From Nitrospinaceae bacterium (GTDB taxonomy: Bacteria > Nitrospinota > Nitrospinia > Nitrospinales > Nitrospinaceae): DNA of 64,000 nt. Both the position numbers and the translations under genes were made by a program. Location: assembly GCA_965237905.1 (NCBI GenBank), contig OZ250172.1:1024001-1088000 (forward strand), written 5' to 3'. Below are positions 10,386 to 20,385 of this stretch, piece by piece (position 1 is the stretch's first letter; each line of letters starts with the position of its first letter). The notes under the pieces are model-generated. The model saw only the letters and a list, made by a program, of their open reading frames with translations, was not told the origin of the DNA and made no database searches.

Positions 10386-10412
10386 TAAAGTTATCAATAT
10401 TTCATCCGATAA
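10386..10412 (+). promoter_or_regulatory. sigma28 (FliA) promoter
   Basis: TAAA-N15-TCCGATAA upstream of flagellin 1. Confidence 0.75.
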
Positions 10413-10535
10413 CTCACCTGAGGCTAATAATGCGCTGAGAAGGTAGGGACCGGGCAGTTCCGGCCTTTCCGTATGTACTTTAGCGGCACGGCCTACAACA
10501 TAACTTAAGTATTCTTTTTAAACGGTGACACAATC

Positions 10536-11393
10536 ATGACGATTCGAATTTTTACCAACCTGACCTCCTTGAACGCTCAGCGGATTCTGGGCATTAACAA
10601 TGACCGTCTGGCGCAGTCGATTGAGCGGGTGTCCTCCGGGCTCCGCATCAACCGGGCCAGCGACGATCCCGGCGGACTGGCGATCGCGGAATCCCTGCGG
10701 TCGGATATCCGGGTGCTCCGTCAGGGTTTGAGGAATCTGAACGACGGGATTTCCCTCGTCAACGTGGCGGAAGCCGGACTGAACGCGCAATCCGATATAC
10801 TGATCCGCATGCGCGAGTTGGCGGCGCAATCGGCTTCGGGAACCCTCACCGACCCGGAGCGGGCCACCCTGCAATTGGAATTCGTTCAACTGAGGAACGA
10901 AATCGACCGTATCTCCAACGCGACCGAATTCAACGGGCAGACCCTTTTGGACGGGTCACTGACTAGTGGAGCGGCAAGCCCCATCGTCATTCAATTTGGT
11001 CTGGACGCCACCGCCAACAGCCAACTCAACCTCAATACCGAGGCCGATGTGGCTGACGTCGATTCCACCTTTTTAGGCATCGCCGCCTCGGACATCTCCA
11101 CCCAGGCCGGGGCCACGACTGCTTTAACCACTCTGGATACAGCCCTGGATCTCTTGTCCGGCGAACGCGCCAGCCTGGCGGCGGTACAAAACCGTCTCAC
11201 GCGAATCCTTCCCGGTCAGGCCATCCTGGTGGAAAACCTGACGGCCGCCGAATCCCAGATCCGCGACGCCGACATCGCTGAAGAAGTGGCCCTGCTGGCG
11301 CGCAACCAGATACTCGTGGAAGCCGCCACCGCCATGGTCGCCCAAGCCAATATCATCCCCGAACAGGTATTGAAACTGCTTCCTTCGAATTAG
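10536..11393 (+). CDS. fliC: flagellin (short form)
   Basis: ERVSSGLRINRASDD at the N-terminus and AAESQIRDADIAEE at the C-terminus. Confidence 0.93.
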   Translation: MTIRIFTNLTSLNAQRILGINNDRLAQSIERVSSGLRINRASDDPGGLAIAESLRSDIRVLRQGLRNLNDGISLVNVAEAGLNAQSDILIRMRELAAQSASGTLTDPERATLQLEFVQLRNEIDRISNATEFNGQTLLDGSLTSGAASPIVIQFGLDATANSQLNLNTEADVADVDSTFLGIAASDISTQAGATTALTTLDTALDLLSGERASLAAVQNRLTRILPGQAILVENLTAAESQIRDADIAEEVALLARNQILVEAATAMVAQANIIPEQVLKLLPSN

Positions 11394-11401
11394 GGAAATT
11401 T

Positions 11402-11431
11402 AACCACCGATGAACACAGATAAACACAGAT
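11402..11431. repeat. short 10-bp tandem repeat (AACACAGAT-type)
   Basis: AACCACCGAT GAACACAGAT AAACACAGAT; a related CTCCGCGCCCTCTGTGGT lies near 56272. Confidence 0.55.
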
Positions 11432-11638
11432 AAAACCGGGAGCCTTTCCTTTTGGTTTTCCGTGTTTCCTGTTTCTTGCTCCCTTCTCCAGGTCTTTCTG
11501 AATTTATCCTGTTATTCGGTCCTCCAGGATGTTGATGGTTATCACCAATTTGGGAGGGCCTGTCAAAGGTTTCAATAGTGTAAGCCACTGATATTCAACC
11601 CGTTAAAATCCAACCCCCGAAACACCTCCAAAAAAGCA

Positions 11639-11665
11639 TCAAGGAATTCCTCAAATACCCGATAT
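11639..11665 (+). promoter_or_regulatory. sigma28 (FliA) promoter
   Basis: TCAA-N15-CCCGATAT upstream of flagellin 2. Confidence 0.6.
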
Positions 11666-11794
11666 GAAAGACAAGTGACAGTTGGAGGAAGCAAAGGCTT
11701 CCCCTCACGCAAGAATACAACATCGCTTAACGAGGTTCCGGCATGGAGGCTGGAAAAAACACAGAGCAGTAATCATAATCAAGGAGGATTTATC

Positions 11795-12991
11795 ATGGCA
11801 GTACGAATCTTTAACAACATTCCTTCACTCAACGCGCAGAGGCATTTGGGAATCAACAATCAGCGCCTGGCCCAGTCCATCGAACGGATCTCATCGGGAC
11901 TTCGGATCAACAAGGCCTCCGACGACGTCGCGGGCCTGGCCATTTCTGAAAAATTGCGGTCCGATATCCGCGTGCTTCAGCAGGGTTTGCGGAACCTGAA
12001 TGACGGCCTTTCAGTGGTCAATGTCATGGAAGCCGGGTTGAACGAGCAGACGGATATGATCATCCGTATGCGTGAGTTGGCAGCCCAGGCCGCATCGGCA
12101 ACCGTAGGCTCAACCGAACGAGGCTTGCTCCAGTTGGAAGTTAACGCATTGGTCGCGGAGATCAACCGCTTCTCCACAGCCACGGAATTCAACGGTCAGA
12201 AGCTCTTGGACGGATCATTTACCTCCCTGATCGTGCATTTCGGTGTGGACGCCAGCGCCAGCAGCCAGCTTGATATTGCCGCTGCCACCGGCATTACTTC
12301 CACTGCGGTGGATATGCCTTTTATCTTATCAGGTACCGCCACCCCCTTTGCTGTCGGACAAACAGCTAACTTTGACGGGAGTATTAGTGCCGGTACCGAT
12401 TTAGTCGGGGCCGCTGACGGAACCTATACAGCAAACATAGATGTTGACGGGGTGGCCAATGCAATTTCCGTGGATCTTTTACTGGCAACCTCAGATTTTA
12501 ATTTCTTGGTAGCTGAGATCAATGCCGATTTGACGGGTGCAACCGCATCGATAGTAGACGGAAATATTGTAATTACGCATGATGCCCCAGTAACGACGTC
12601 TTCCATAACCATAACGGATGGTGCGGCTCCCACGGGCTTGTTTGCTAATGCGGCTGGATTCGCAAATTTGAATCCATCATTTTTCGGTCTCGATATCAGT
12701 ACTTCCGCCACAGTGGCCCAGACCGCGGTGGCCTCGCTGGATACGGCCACGGATGCTATTATTACCGTACGCGCCGGGGTTGCCGCCACGCAAAACCGGA
12801 TGACCCGCATCATCAATACCCAGGCCACAGTGATAGAGAATATCCAGGCCGCCGAATCCCAGATTCGGGATGCGGACATCGCGGAGGAAATCGCTCTGCT
12901 CACGCGGAACCAGATTCTGGTGGAATCTGCCACGGCGATGGTGGGGCAGGCCAACCTGATCCCGCAGTCGGTCTTGCAGTTGTTAGGTTAA
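11795..12991 (+). CDS. fliC: flagellin with central variable domain
   Basis: ERISSGLRINKASDD and AAESQIRDADIAEE; ATG at 11795 follows AGGAGG. Confidence 0.93.
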   Translation: MAVRIFNNIPSLNAQRHLGINNQRLAQSIERISSGLRINKASDDVAGLAISEKLRSDIRVLQQGLRNLNDGLSVVNVMEAGLNEQTDMIIRMRELAAQAASATVGSTERGLLQLEVNALVAEINRFSTATEFNGQKLLDGSFTSLIVHFGVDASASSQLDIAAATGITSTAVDMPFILSGTATPFAVGQTANFDGSISAGTDLVGAADGTYTANIDVDGVANAISVDLLLATSDFNFLVAEINADLTGATASIVDGNIVITHDAPVTTSSITITDGAAPTGLFANAAGFANLNPSFFGLDISTSATVAQTAVASLDTATDAIITVRAGVAATQNRMTRIINTQATVIENIQAAESQIRDADIAEEIALLTRNQILVESATAMVGQANLIPQSVLQLLG

Positions 12992-13024
12992 ACTCAACGG
13001 ATTTTTTTCCGTTCATTATTGAAG

Positions 13025-13056
13025 GCGCCCTTGAGAGTTTCTCAAGGGCGCTTTTT
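13025..13056 (+). terminator. intrinsic terminator
   Basis: GCGCCCTTGAGA/TCTCAAGGGCGC stem followed by TTTTT. Confidence 0.85.
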
Positions 13057-13124
13057 GTTTAGACGTTCTCTCCATCCCCTCTCTCCCCTTATGCTATACT
13101 GGTTCAGACCTGCCGGGATCCTTC

Positions 13125-13865
13125 GTGACCCGCAATGATCGTTATTCTTGTTTCCACATTCAACCCTTCCCTCCCCTGGTAACACTATTGGACCCCGAAT
13201 CGAAAACTCCAACACGCAATGCCTTTGAACGGTCGGGTTCGCTGGTTTTGGTGGGCATGGTGGTGATCCTGTTAAGCACGGGTCTCAAAGTCATCTGGAA
13301 TGCTTATGATGAATGGAATCATGCTGAAGCGCTGGCCGCAACGAAACCGGAGCGAGCCTTGGACCACTACGAACGCGTCATTCACTGGCACGTTCCGTTT
13401 CTGTCGCTGAGCGACGACGCGGCTGAGAAAATGTGGGCCTACGCTCTGAACTATGAAAAACAAGGAAACGTTGAAAAGGCCCTGAACACGTATCGGGTTC
13501 TCCGGGGCGCCTTTTACGCGGCGCGTAGTCTGTACACACCCGGTAAGGATTGGATACTCCGGTGCAACGAAAAAATCGCGGGCCTGATGGCTTCCAAACC
13601 GGCTTACTCCGAAGCCGAACGGAAAAAGTCTTATGACGAAAGAAAGGTGGAGTACCTGAAACTCCTGTCACGCGAAAAATCGCCGCACCCGGAGTGGGCC
13701 TTAATGACCGAGGTGGGATTTTTTGGATGGGTGACCTGTGCTTTCATTTTTATATTTAAAGGATTCACTGCCACCGGGGCGTTCCAGGCCCGCCCGGCTT
13801 TGCGCTGGGCTGGCGGCTGGCTGGTGTGTTACGGCCTCTGGATTTGGGGCCTGTTTCGAGTGTGA
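13125..13865 (+). CDS. hypothetical membrane protein with TPR-like helical region
   Basis: N-terminal TM segment, helical middle, two C-terminal TM segments; start uncertain. Confidence 0.6.
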   Translation: MTRNDRYSCFHIQPFPPLVTLLDPESKTPTRNAFERSGSLVLVGMVVILLSTGLKVIWNAYDEWNHAEALAATKPERALDHYERVIHWHVPFLSLSDDAAEKMWAYALNYEKQGNVEKALNTYRVLRGAFYAARSLYTPGKDWILRCNEKIAGLMASKPAYSEAERKKSYDERKVEYLKLLSREKSPHPEWALMTEVGFFGWVTCAFIFIFKGFTATGAFQARPALRWAGGWLVCYGLWIWGLFRV

Positions 13866-14015
13866 TGTTCCTAAACCACCGATAATTAACACCGATTAAA
13901 ATTTTTTAATGGAAACGCGTTCCCCCCTATGATAATTTTTACAAAGTTGAGCATCTATTGATAACCTTTAACTCCATAGCATTATTATCCTGCCGAGAAT
14001 TTCCAGAGGAAGTCC

Positions 14016-14960
14016 ATGATTGAGGTTGAGCACCTGACCAAGCATTATGGTCCCCGGCCCGCCGTTAAAGACCTCTCCTTCCAAATCAACCAGGGAGAGG
14101 TGGTTGGGTTTTTGGGACCCAACGGTGCCGGTAAATCCACCACCATGAATATTCTGGCGTGCATCCTTCCCGCCACGGAAGGCAAGGCGCGGGTGTGCGG
14201 GTTTGACACATTCGACCAATCGCTGGAAATCCGCAAGATCATCGGCTACCTTCCCGAAACACCTCCCCTGTACCAGGATATGGTGGTTTCCAAATTCCTT
14301 GAGTTTTCGGCAGGCCTGCGCAACGTTCCCAAAAAGAAGATCGCCACCGCGACGGACCGCGTTCTGGAACAATGCGGACTGGGGGAGGTACGCCACCGCA
14401 TCATCGGACGCTTGTCCAAGGGCTATCAACAACGGGTGGGGCTGGCCCAGGCCATGATCCACGATCCGAAAATTCTTATTCTGGACGAGCCGACCATAGG
14501 GCTCGATCCCATTCAGATCATTGAAATCCGAAAATTGATTCAGGAGTTGGGCACCACGCACACCATTCTGCTCAGCTCGCATATCCTGCCGGAGGTCACG
14601 CAGATTTGCCAGCGCATCATCATCATCAATGAGGGAGAAATTGTCGCCATGGATACTCTGGCCGGATTCAACGCATCCATGGGCCATGACCACCGACTGG
14701 AACTCAAGGTGCGCAACCCGGTCGACGGCATACAAAATAAATTAGAGGCATTGGACAAGGTCACCTCCGTTCAAACGCGCGGCCGGGACTTTTTCGTGAT
14801 TGAAAGCGAACCGGATGCGCATTTGCAGGATGCAGTGGCCCGGCTCGCTCTGGACCAGCTATGGGGCATTGAAGAATTGAAACCCATGACCCTGACGCTG
14901 GAGGATATTTTCCTGAAACTGACAATGGGAGAAAAGGAAATTAAAGAGGCTCAAGTATGA
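14016..14960 (+). CDS. ABC transporter ATP-binding protein (GldA-like)
   Basis: GPNGAGKST, LSKGYQQRVG and ILDEPT motifs. Confidence 0.92.
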   Translation: MIEVEHLTKHYGPRPAVKDLSFQINQGEVVGFLGPNGAGKSTTMNILACILPATEGKARVCGFDTFDQSLEIRKIIGYLPETPPLYQDMVVSKFLEFSAGLRNVPKKKIATATDRVLEQCGLGEVRHRIIGRLSKGYQQRVGLAQAMIHDPKILILDEPTIGLDPIQIIEIRKLIQELGTTHTILLSSHILPEVTQICQRIIIINEGEIVAMDTLAGFNASMGHDHRLELKVRNPVDGIQNKLEALDKVTSVQTRGRDFFVIESEPDAHLQDAVARLALDQLWGIEELKPMTLTLEDIFLKLTMGEKEIKEAQV

Positions 14961-15736
14961 AGTCTGTTTTCTGGATCGCCCGGCGCGAAATAGGATCGTT
15001 CTTTTATTCGCCGATTTTTTACGTGGTGACCACGGTTTTTCTCGTTCTGTACAGCTTCCTGTTTTTTGCCATCTTTTTCGACTACAGCCAAGGCAGCATA
15101 CAGGCCGCCGCCCAGGCGGAAGCATATCAGAAGGCAGGTATCTCGATCAACGCCAATGAAATGGTCATCGTGCCTTCACTGGGAAACATGGGCGTGATTT
15201 TGCTGTTTATCATTCCCCTCATCACCATGCGCAGTTTCGCCGAAGAGAGAAAAAATAAAACTTTCGCTCTGCTCCTATCTTCCCCCGTCTATCTAAGAGA
15301 AATTGTCGCCGGAAAATTCCTGGCCTGCCTGGCGGTGGTATCCTTTATGATTCTGTTGTCTTCCTATTCCATCGGATTCATCGTGCTGATGGGACAACCG
15401 GAACTGGGATCAATTCTTTCCGGCTACCTGGGTGTCCTCCTCCTGACCGGATGCTATATCGCCATGGGAGTGTTTGCCTCTTCATTGACGGACAACCAGA
15501 TCGTCGCGGCAGTCATCGGCTTCGGAATGGCTCTACTAATGTGGCTACTGGATCTTTCGACCCAGAACGCCGATACCGGTATCGGAATGATTCTGGAATA
15601 TATCTCTCTGAGAAGCCATCTGGAATCTTTTCTAAAAGGAGTTCTCGACTCCAGCGACATCGTTTATTACCTCTCCTTCATGGCGTTCATCTTGTTTATC
15701 ACTCACCAGGTGCTCGATTCCCGGAGATGGAGATGA
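14957..15736 (+). CDS. ABC-2 permease (GldF-like)
   Basis: ITMRSFAEERKNKT, SSLTDNQIVAA and multiple TM segments. Confidence 0.88.
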   Translation: MKSVFWIARREIGSFFYSPIFYVVTTVFLVLYSFLFFAIFFDYSQGSIQAAAQAEAYQKAGISINANEMVIVPSLGNMGVILLFIIPLITMRSFAEERKNKTFALLLSSPVYLREIVAGKFLACLAVVSFMILLSSYSIGFIVLMGQPELGSILSGYLGVLLLTGCYIAMGVFASSLTDNQIVAAVIGFGMALLMWLLDLSTQNADTGIGMILEYISLRSHLESFLKGVLDSSDIVYYLSFMAFILFITHQVLDSRRWR

Positions 15737-15740
15737 CACA

Positions 15741-17315
15741 ATGAAGCAACTCTCTCCATTCGCAGGTTGGACGGCTTTGATCCTCGGCGTCACGGCATTG
15801 GTCATTTTCCTGTTCCTGCCGGAATACTCTCTGGTAACCCTGACTATTGCCTCTGTCGCAGGGATCAACGCGATTTTCTTTTTGGTAATCGATCGCAAGG
15901 AAGTGCTTCACGCGCTAAAGACCCGAACGGCCCTGTATGGTATGAATGCCACGGTGGTGATTTTTGTATTTCTGGGTATCCTGATTGCTATCAACGTCCT
16001 GACATTCCATCATAAATTCCTCTGGGACCTCACGGAATCATCCGTCTACACGCTGTCCCCGCAAACCCAAAAGATTGCGCAGAACTTACCGAGAAAAGTC
16101 AAAATAACGGCCTTCTTCCAGATCGGCAATCCCGGTCGCGAGGAGTTTGAACGGCTGGTTGACGGATATAAAGAACTGACCGACCAAATTGAAGTGGAGT
16201 TGGTCGACCCGGTTCGCCAACCCGCCGTCGCCAAACAATATGGAGTCACCAACCCCGGCACGGTGGTCTTTAAAAGCGGAAAACAGGAAACCAAGGTCAA
16301 GCAGTCCACGGAAGAAAATTTGACCAACGCTTTGTTACAGGTCACCCGGGATCAACAAAAGAAAATTTATTTTTTGAGCGGCCATAAGGAAAAAAATGTC
16401 GAGGGCAAAGAAAGAAGTGGATACTCCCAGGCCAAACAAGCGCTGGAACAGGATCATTATAAGGTCGAGCCATTACTCCTCCTGCAAACTGGTCATGTAC
16501 CGGACGATGCCAACGCTTTGATCATCAACGGACCAGAAAAGGCGTTGCAGGAATCGGAAATAACGGCAATCGACGCGTATCTCAACCAGGGCGGCGCGGT
16601 CTTGTTGTTATTGGATCCACAACAGGATGCCGGACTCACGACGTTTCTGGAGCGATGGGGAATCCATATTCGGGACGATCTCGTGGTCGATCCACTCGCC
16701 AAACTGTATAAATCAGATTTCACCACGCCCATTATCAGTCAGATTTCCGACCATCCGATCACACGCAACATGAGAGATGCAACTATCTATCCCATGCTCC
16801 GCTCCGTATCAGCCATCACCACCGAAGGCCTTGTGACCCAGGAGATCCTGTTTTCCGGACCCAGGAGTTGGGCGGAGAAGGATTATAAGTCTGGGAAGGT
16901 CCAGTTTGATCCCGGAATTGATCTCCAGGGGCCCGTTCCGATAGCTGTCGTATCTTCTAAAGAAATCAATTCCGTCAACAATATTGAACAAAAGCCCGGT
17001 GCCTCTCCGGAAGCTAAAACGTCCGAATCCTCCGCATCGGCGAAGAAAGCGTATCTGGTCGTGGTAGGCGACTCGGATTTTGCCAGCAATCAAAAATTCA
17101 AGTTGTACGGTAACGGCGACTTTTTTCTGAATACGGCTTCCTGGCTGGCAAAAGAAGAAAACCTCATCTCCATCCGGCCCCGCACAAGAAAATGGAGTCC
17201 GATCACCCTCACCGAAACGCAGGGAAACCTCACCTTTATGCTTGGCGTCCTCGTGTTCCCCGGTATAGTGATCCTGACGGGCCTCCGGGTTTGGTGGAAA
17301 AGACGATCCTTATGA
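15741..17315 (+). CDS. GldG-family ABC auxiliary component
   Basis: DLTESSVYTLSPQT, IYFLSGHKE and VVVGDSDF motifs. Confidence 0.85.
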   Translation: MKQLSPFAGWTALILGVTALVIFLFLPEYSLVTLTIASVAGINAIFFLVIDRKEVLHALKTRTALYGMNATVVIFVFLGILIAINVLTFHHKFLWDLTESSVYTLSPQTQKIAQNLPRKVKITAFFQIGNPGREEFERLVDGYKELTDQIEVELVDPVRQPAVAKQYGVTNPGTVVFKSGKQETKVKQSTEENLTNALLQVTRDQQKKIYFLSGHKEKNVEGKERSGYSQAKQALEQDHYKVEPLLLLQTGHVPDDANALIINGPEKALQESEITAIDAYLNQGGAVLLLLDPQQDAGLTTFLERWGIHIRDDLVVDPLAKLYKSDFTTPIISQISDHPITRNMRDATIYPMLRSVSAITTEGLVTQEILFSGPRSWAEKDYKSGKVQFDPGIDLQGPVPIAVVSSKEINSVNNIEQKPGASPEAKTSESSASAKKAYLVVVGDSDFASNQKFKLYGNGDFFLNTASWLAKEENLISIRPRTRKWSPITLTETQGNLTFMLGVLVFPGIVILTGLRVWWKRRSL

Positions 17316-19090
17316 AGTTCCGTGGCACCCTTTGGAATACCCTTTGGCTGATCCTTATTCTTATTGGGCTCTTCCTGTACTTGGCGTTGATCGAAACACC
17401 CACCCTGAAGAAGAAGGACGAAGCAGAATCCCGTTCCAAGCAGGCGCTTCATTTCAAAGTGGAAGAGGTTGAGGCGTTCGATCTCATCAAGCCCTCCGGA
17501 ACGATCAAGATTCAACGTGATCCTAAGAACTCCCGCTGGAATATCACCGAACCCCTGGCCGTCCCGGGAGAAGACGGAGTCATCAATCAACTGCTAATCA
17601 TATTGGAAGAAGCCCGAATCACTCGCGTGGTGGATGAGGAACCGGAGAACCTGGCGGATTTTGGATTGCAGGACCCGCCGATTCAAATTGCTCTACGCTT
17701 CAAAACCGGGGAACCCAAAATGCTATTGGTAGGAGACGCCAGCCCCATCGGCCATGACATCTACATTAAATTAAAAAACGAGAAACGCGTCCTCCTTTCC
17801 TTTCTGGACAAAAACCAACTCAATGCATCGCTGAACGATTTGCGCAACAAAACCCTGCTCGATTTCGTGACACGCGATGTCACCGCGGTGGACCTCAAAT
17901 TTGGGAAGGAAACCCAGCGTTTCGTGAAAGCAGGAGAGGATTGGAAGCTGACCGCGCCAGTCAGCGCTCAGGGAGACGCCGATGAAATCTCCAACTTTCT
18001 GAATAATATCCGAACCGAACGCATTGAAACTTTCATCTCCGAAACGCCGGAGGATTTGGCTCCCCTGGGGCTTGATTCACCACGCATCGTTCTTAATATC
18101 CAGGCGGAAAAAGCCAAGCAGTCGTGGACTCTTAAAATCGGCAAGCCGTACGACGAGCATTCCTATTATGCGCAACGCGGCCAACCCGAAAACGTCGTTA
18201 CCATTTCGGACAGCCTGGTGGAAACTCTTTCCAAAAATCCCCTCAGTTTTATGGAGAGATCCCTCATGACCTTCAAAGAGGAGGATGTGACTGCCATCGA
18301 GAGCCGGGACGGAAAGGAAACCGCGCGCGTGGTTCGCGATGCCAATAAGATGGGACAATGGAAATTCGAAAATCCGGAGAACGGTACAGTCGATTCGGCC
18401 ACCGTCAACACATTATTACTGGACCTCCAAGAAGCGCGTATCCAGCAATTCGCACCGAGTAAAAAACTGAAGCTGTTTGGGTTGGATGTGCCTCAAAAAG
18501 AACTGACCGTTTTCAAAAAAGATGGGGCGAAAATAACTCTCCAATTGGGAAACACCGATAAGAACAAACAGCATTCATTTGTCACCCGAAGCGTGGACCA
18601 ATCGATCTTCGAGCTGGATACCGACACGGTGAGAAAAATTTTCCGCTCGCGCGACGATTTCAAGGATAAAAGACTGCTGAAGTTCGACCCGGAGCAGGTC
18701 GCCCGCATCAAGATCGAATATCCGGACAAAACCTTTGAACTGGATAAACAGGATAACCAATGGGTGCTGGTCCAACCGGAGGAGATGGACGACCTCAAAC
18801 CGTTTGTCGGTAAGGATATTTTGTGGACTCTGAACAACCTGGAATATGAAACGAAATTAAGTTCCAAAAAGGTTGCGGAAGAAACAGGATTGAAGAAACC
18901 CCGCCTGATACTCACCCTGCGCGACCGCAGCAATAATGCTCTGGGCCAACTTAAAATCGGCCAATCAGTGAAGGGCCAACCCCTTCTTTACAGTCAGCTG
19001 GCCGGCGACCCGAGCCTGTACCATATCAAGGACCGCACCCTGAGCGAAATCCCCGACACCCTCGACCGTTTCCGGAAAAATGAGAACTGA
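17312..19090 (+). CDS. DUF4340 repeat protein
   Basis: Repeated W..T.P...D and FGL..P units, N-terminal anchor; ATGA overlap with the upstream gene. Confidence 0.8.
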   Translation: MKFRGTLWNTLWLILILIGLFLYLALIETPTLKKKDEAESRSKQALHFKVEEVEAFDLIKPSGTIKIQRDPKNSRWNITEPLAVPGEDGVINQLLIILEEARITRVVDEEPENLADFGLQDPPIQIALRFKTGEPKMLLVGDASPIGHDIYIKLKNEKRVLLSFLDKNQLNASLNDLRNKTLLDFVTRDVTAVDLKFGKETQRFVKAGEDWKLTAPVSAQGDADEISNFLNNIRTERIETFISETPEDLAPLGLDSPRIVLNIQAEKAKQSWTLKIGKPYDEHSYYAQRGQPENVVTISDSLVETLSKNPLSFMERSLMTFKEEDVTAIESRDGKETARVVRDANKMGQWKFENPENGTVDSATVNTLLLDLQEARIQQFAPSKKLKLFGLDVPQKELTVFKKDGAKITLQLGNTDKNKQHSFVTRSVDQSIFELDTDTVRKIFRSRDDFKDKRLLKFDPEQVARIKIEYPDKTFELDKQDNQWVLVQPEEMDDLKPFVGKDILWTLNNLEYETKLSSKKVAEETGLKKPRLILTLRDRSNNALGQLKIGQSVKGQPLLYSQLAGDPSLYHIKDRTLSEIPDTLDRFRKNEN

Positions 19091-19243
19091 TTCCATCTGC
19101 TTATTTGGGCTAACTTTAGTAAATATTGACGAGAATTTGCTGCGCTTTTAAAATCAAATGGTTAATTCTAATTTGTAGTTTTTTAGCCTATTCAGGAACT
19201 ATTTTTAGCATCAAGCCCCCAAAGAAGCATTCCTCCCTTAATG

Positions 19244-19444
19244 CCCCATCATATAGGCGAATGGAAGCTTTTCTCCCCCCATATCTTGTGGTTATTATTT
19301 ATTGTTAATGAAACCTAAACTCATTGCCATCGTAAATCATTGATTTATTGTAAGTTATATAGAAATCCCTGAATTTTTAATTTATCCGCTTGACACACTA
19401 CAATATATGGTGGTACTTTCTCACAGTCACACAATATAAAGGAT
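19244..19444 (+). promoter_or_regulatory. sigma70 promoter with two tandem pairs of NrdR-like boxes
   Basis: TTGACA 19390-19395, TGnTACTTT ending 19419; boxes at 19244, 19276, 19398 and 19429 (pair spacings 32 and 31 bp). Confidence 0.6.
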
Positions 19445-19549
19445 TTTAGACTGTAACCGTACTTCTGTACTTGTTCGATCAACCTCAGATCATTTGGAAC
19501 CGAATGACCAGACTTACGAATCAAAATACAGATTTTCCCTGCCCCCCCC

Positions 19550-19937
19550 GGCGGGTTACTTTAAAAGCGGCTTCCTTTTCCCCCATGTATCTTTTAAACC
19601 TTTCGGGGTTTGAGATGCAGGTAATGCCCCTTCCTAAATCCTCAAATGTATTGAGCGCCGGCCGAGACCTGCATACACAATCGGCAAACAAGCTCATTCC
19701 AAGCGGCGTTAGGTGGAAGCGTTTTTTATGGTCACCGTTCGTTCCTAACGGAACGGGCCAAGGCCGAAGAGTAACCCGCCACCCTTTCGTACTATCGCCC
19801 CGTCGGCAGTGTAAGGGTTACCATGCTTTCTCTCTTCCATTGCAATCCTGTTTTCTGCCAGGGACAGGACGGTCGTTTGATCTTAAGGGGTTTGACCAGC
19901 CCACGCATCAACATTCCCTTGCGTCTTCCGACGGGGC
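19550..19937 (+). ncRNA. candidate structured leader RNA upstream of dut
   Basis: Long-range helices 19550-60/19770-80 and 19797-806/19928-37 enclosing several hairpins. Confidence 0.45.
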
Positions 19938-19951
19938 TTCTTCATATTAAA

Positions 19952-20383
19952 ATGGCTATACTCGACGAATCGAAAACCGTTTGCCGGGTGGCAGGAGGGT
20001 TCACCCCCTCCTACGCCTACCCCGGTGACGCGGGAGCGGATTTGTGTGCCTCCGACGATACTGTCATCCCTGCCCGCGGCAAAATGCTGGTGTCTACCGG
20101 CATCCGCCTCGCATTGCCGGAAGGCCACGTCGGCCTCATCTGGCCGCGCAGTGGCATGGCCGTCAAACACGGTATCGATTGTGGCGCCGGGGTGATCGAC
20201 TCCCAATACCGCGGCGAAGTCAAAGTCCTCCTGTTCAATCACTCCGACGGTGAGCATTTCATCAAAAAAGGCGACCGCATCGCACAACTCCTCGTGCAGA
20301 AGGTCGAAACCGTGGAATTTCTGCCCGTCGACGACCTCGACGCCACTGACCGATCAGGCTCCGGTTTCGGCTCCACCGGCTAA
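19952..20383 (+). CDS. dut: dUTP diphosphatase
   Basis: GDAGADL, IWPRSG, GVIDSQYRGE, RIAQL and RSGSGFGSTG motifs. Confidence 0.95.
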   Translation: MAILDESKTVCRVAGGFTPSYAYPGDAGADLCASDDTVIPARGKMLVSTGIRLALPEGHVGLIWPRSGMAVKHGIDCGAGVIDSQYRGEVKVLLFNHSDGEHFIKKGDRIAQLLVQKVETVEFLPVDDLDATDRSGSGFGSTG

Positions 20384-20385
20384 CT

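Noticed and set aside
19612..19676. Cobalamin riboswitch (CAGGT...GAGACCTGC resembles P1/B12 box)
   Set aside because: Only ~45 nt enclosed, and the AGGGAA, GCCACTG and GGGAAG core elements are missing
19471..19950. 159-aa ORF and 5' extension of dut (19823-19951)
   Set aside because: No recognisable motifs or RBS; the region is better explained as a structured leader
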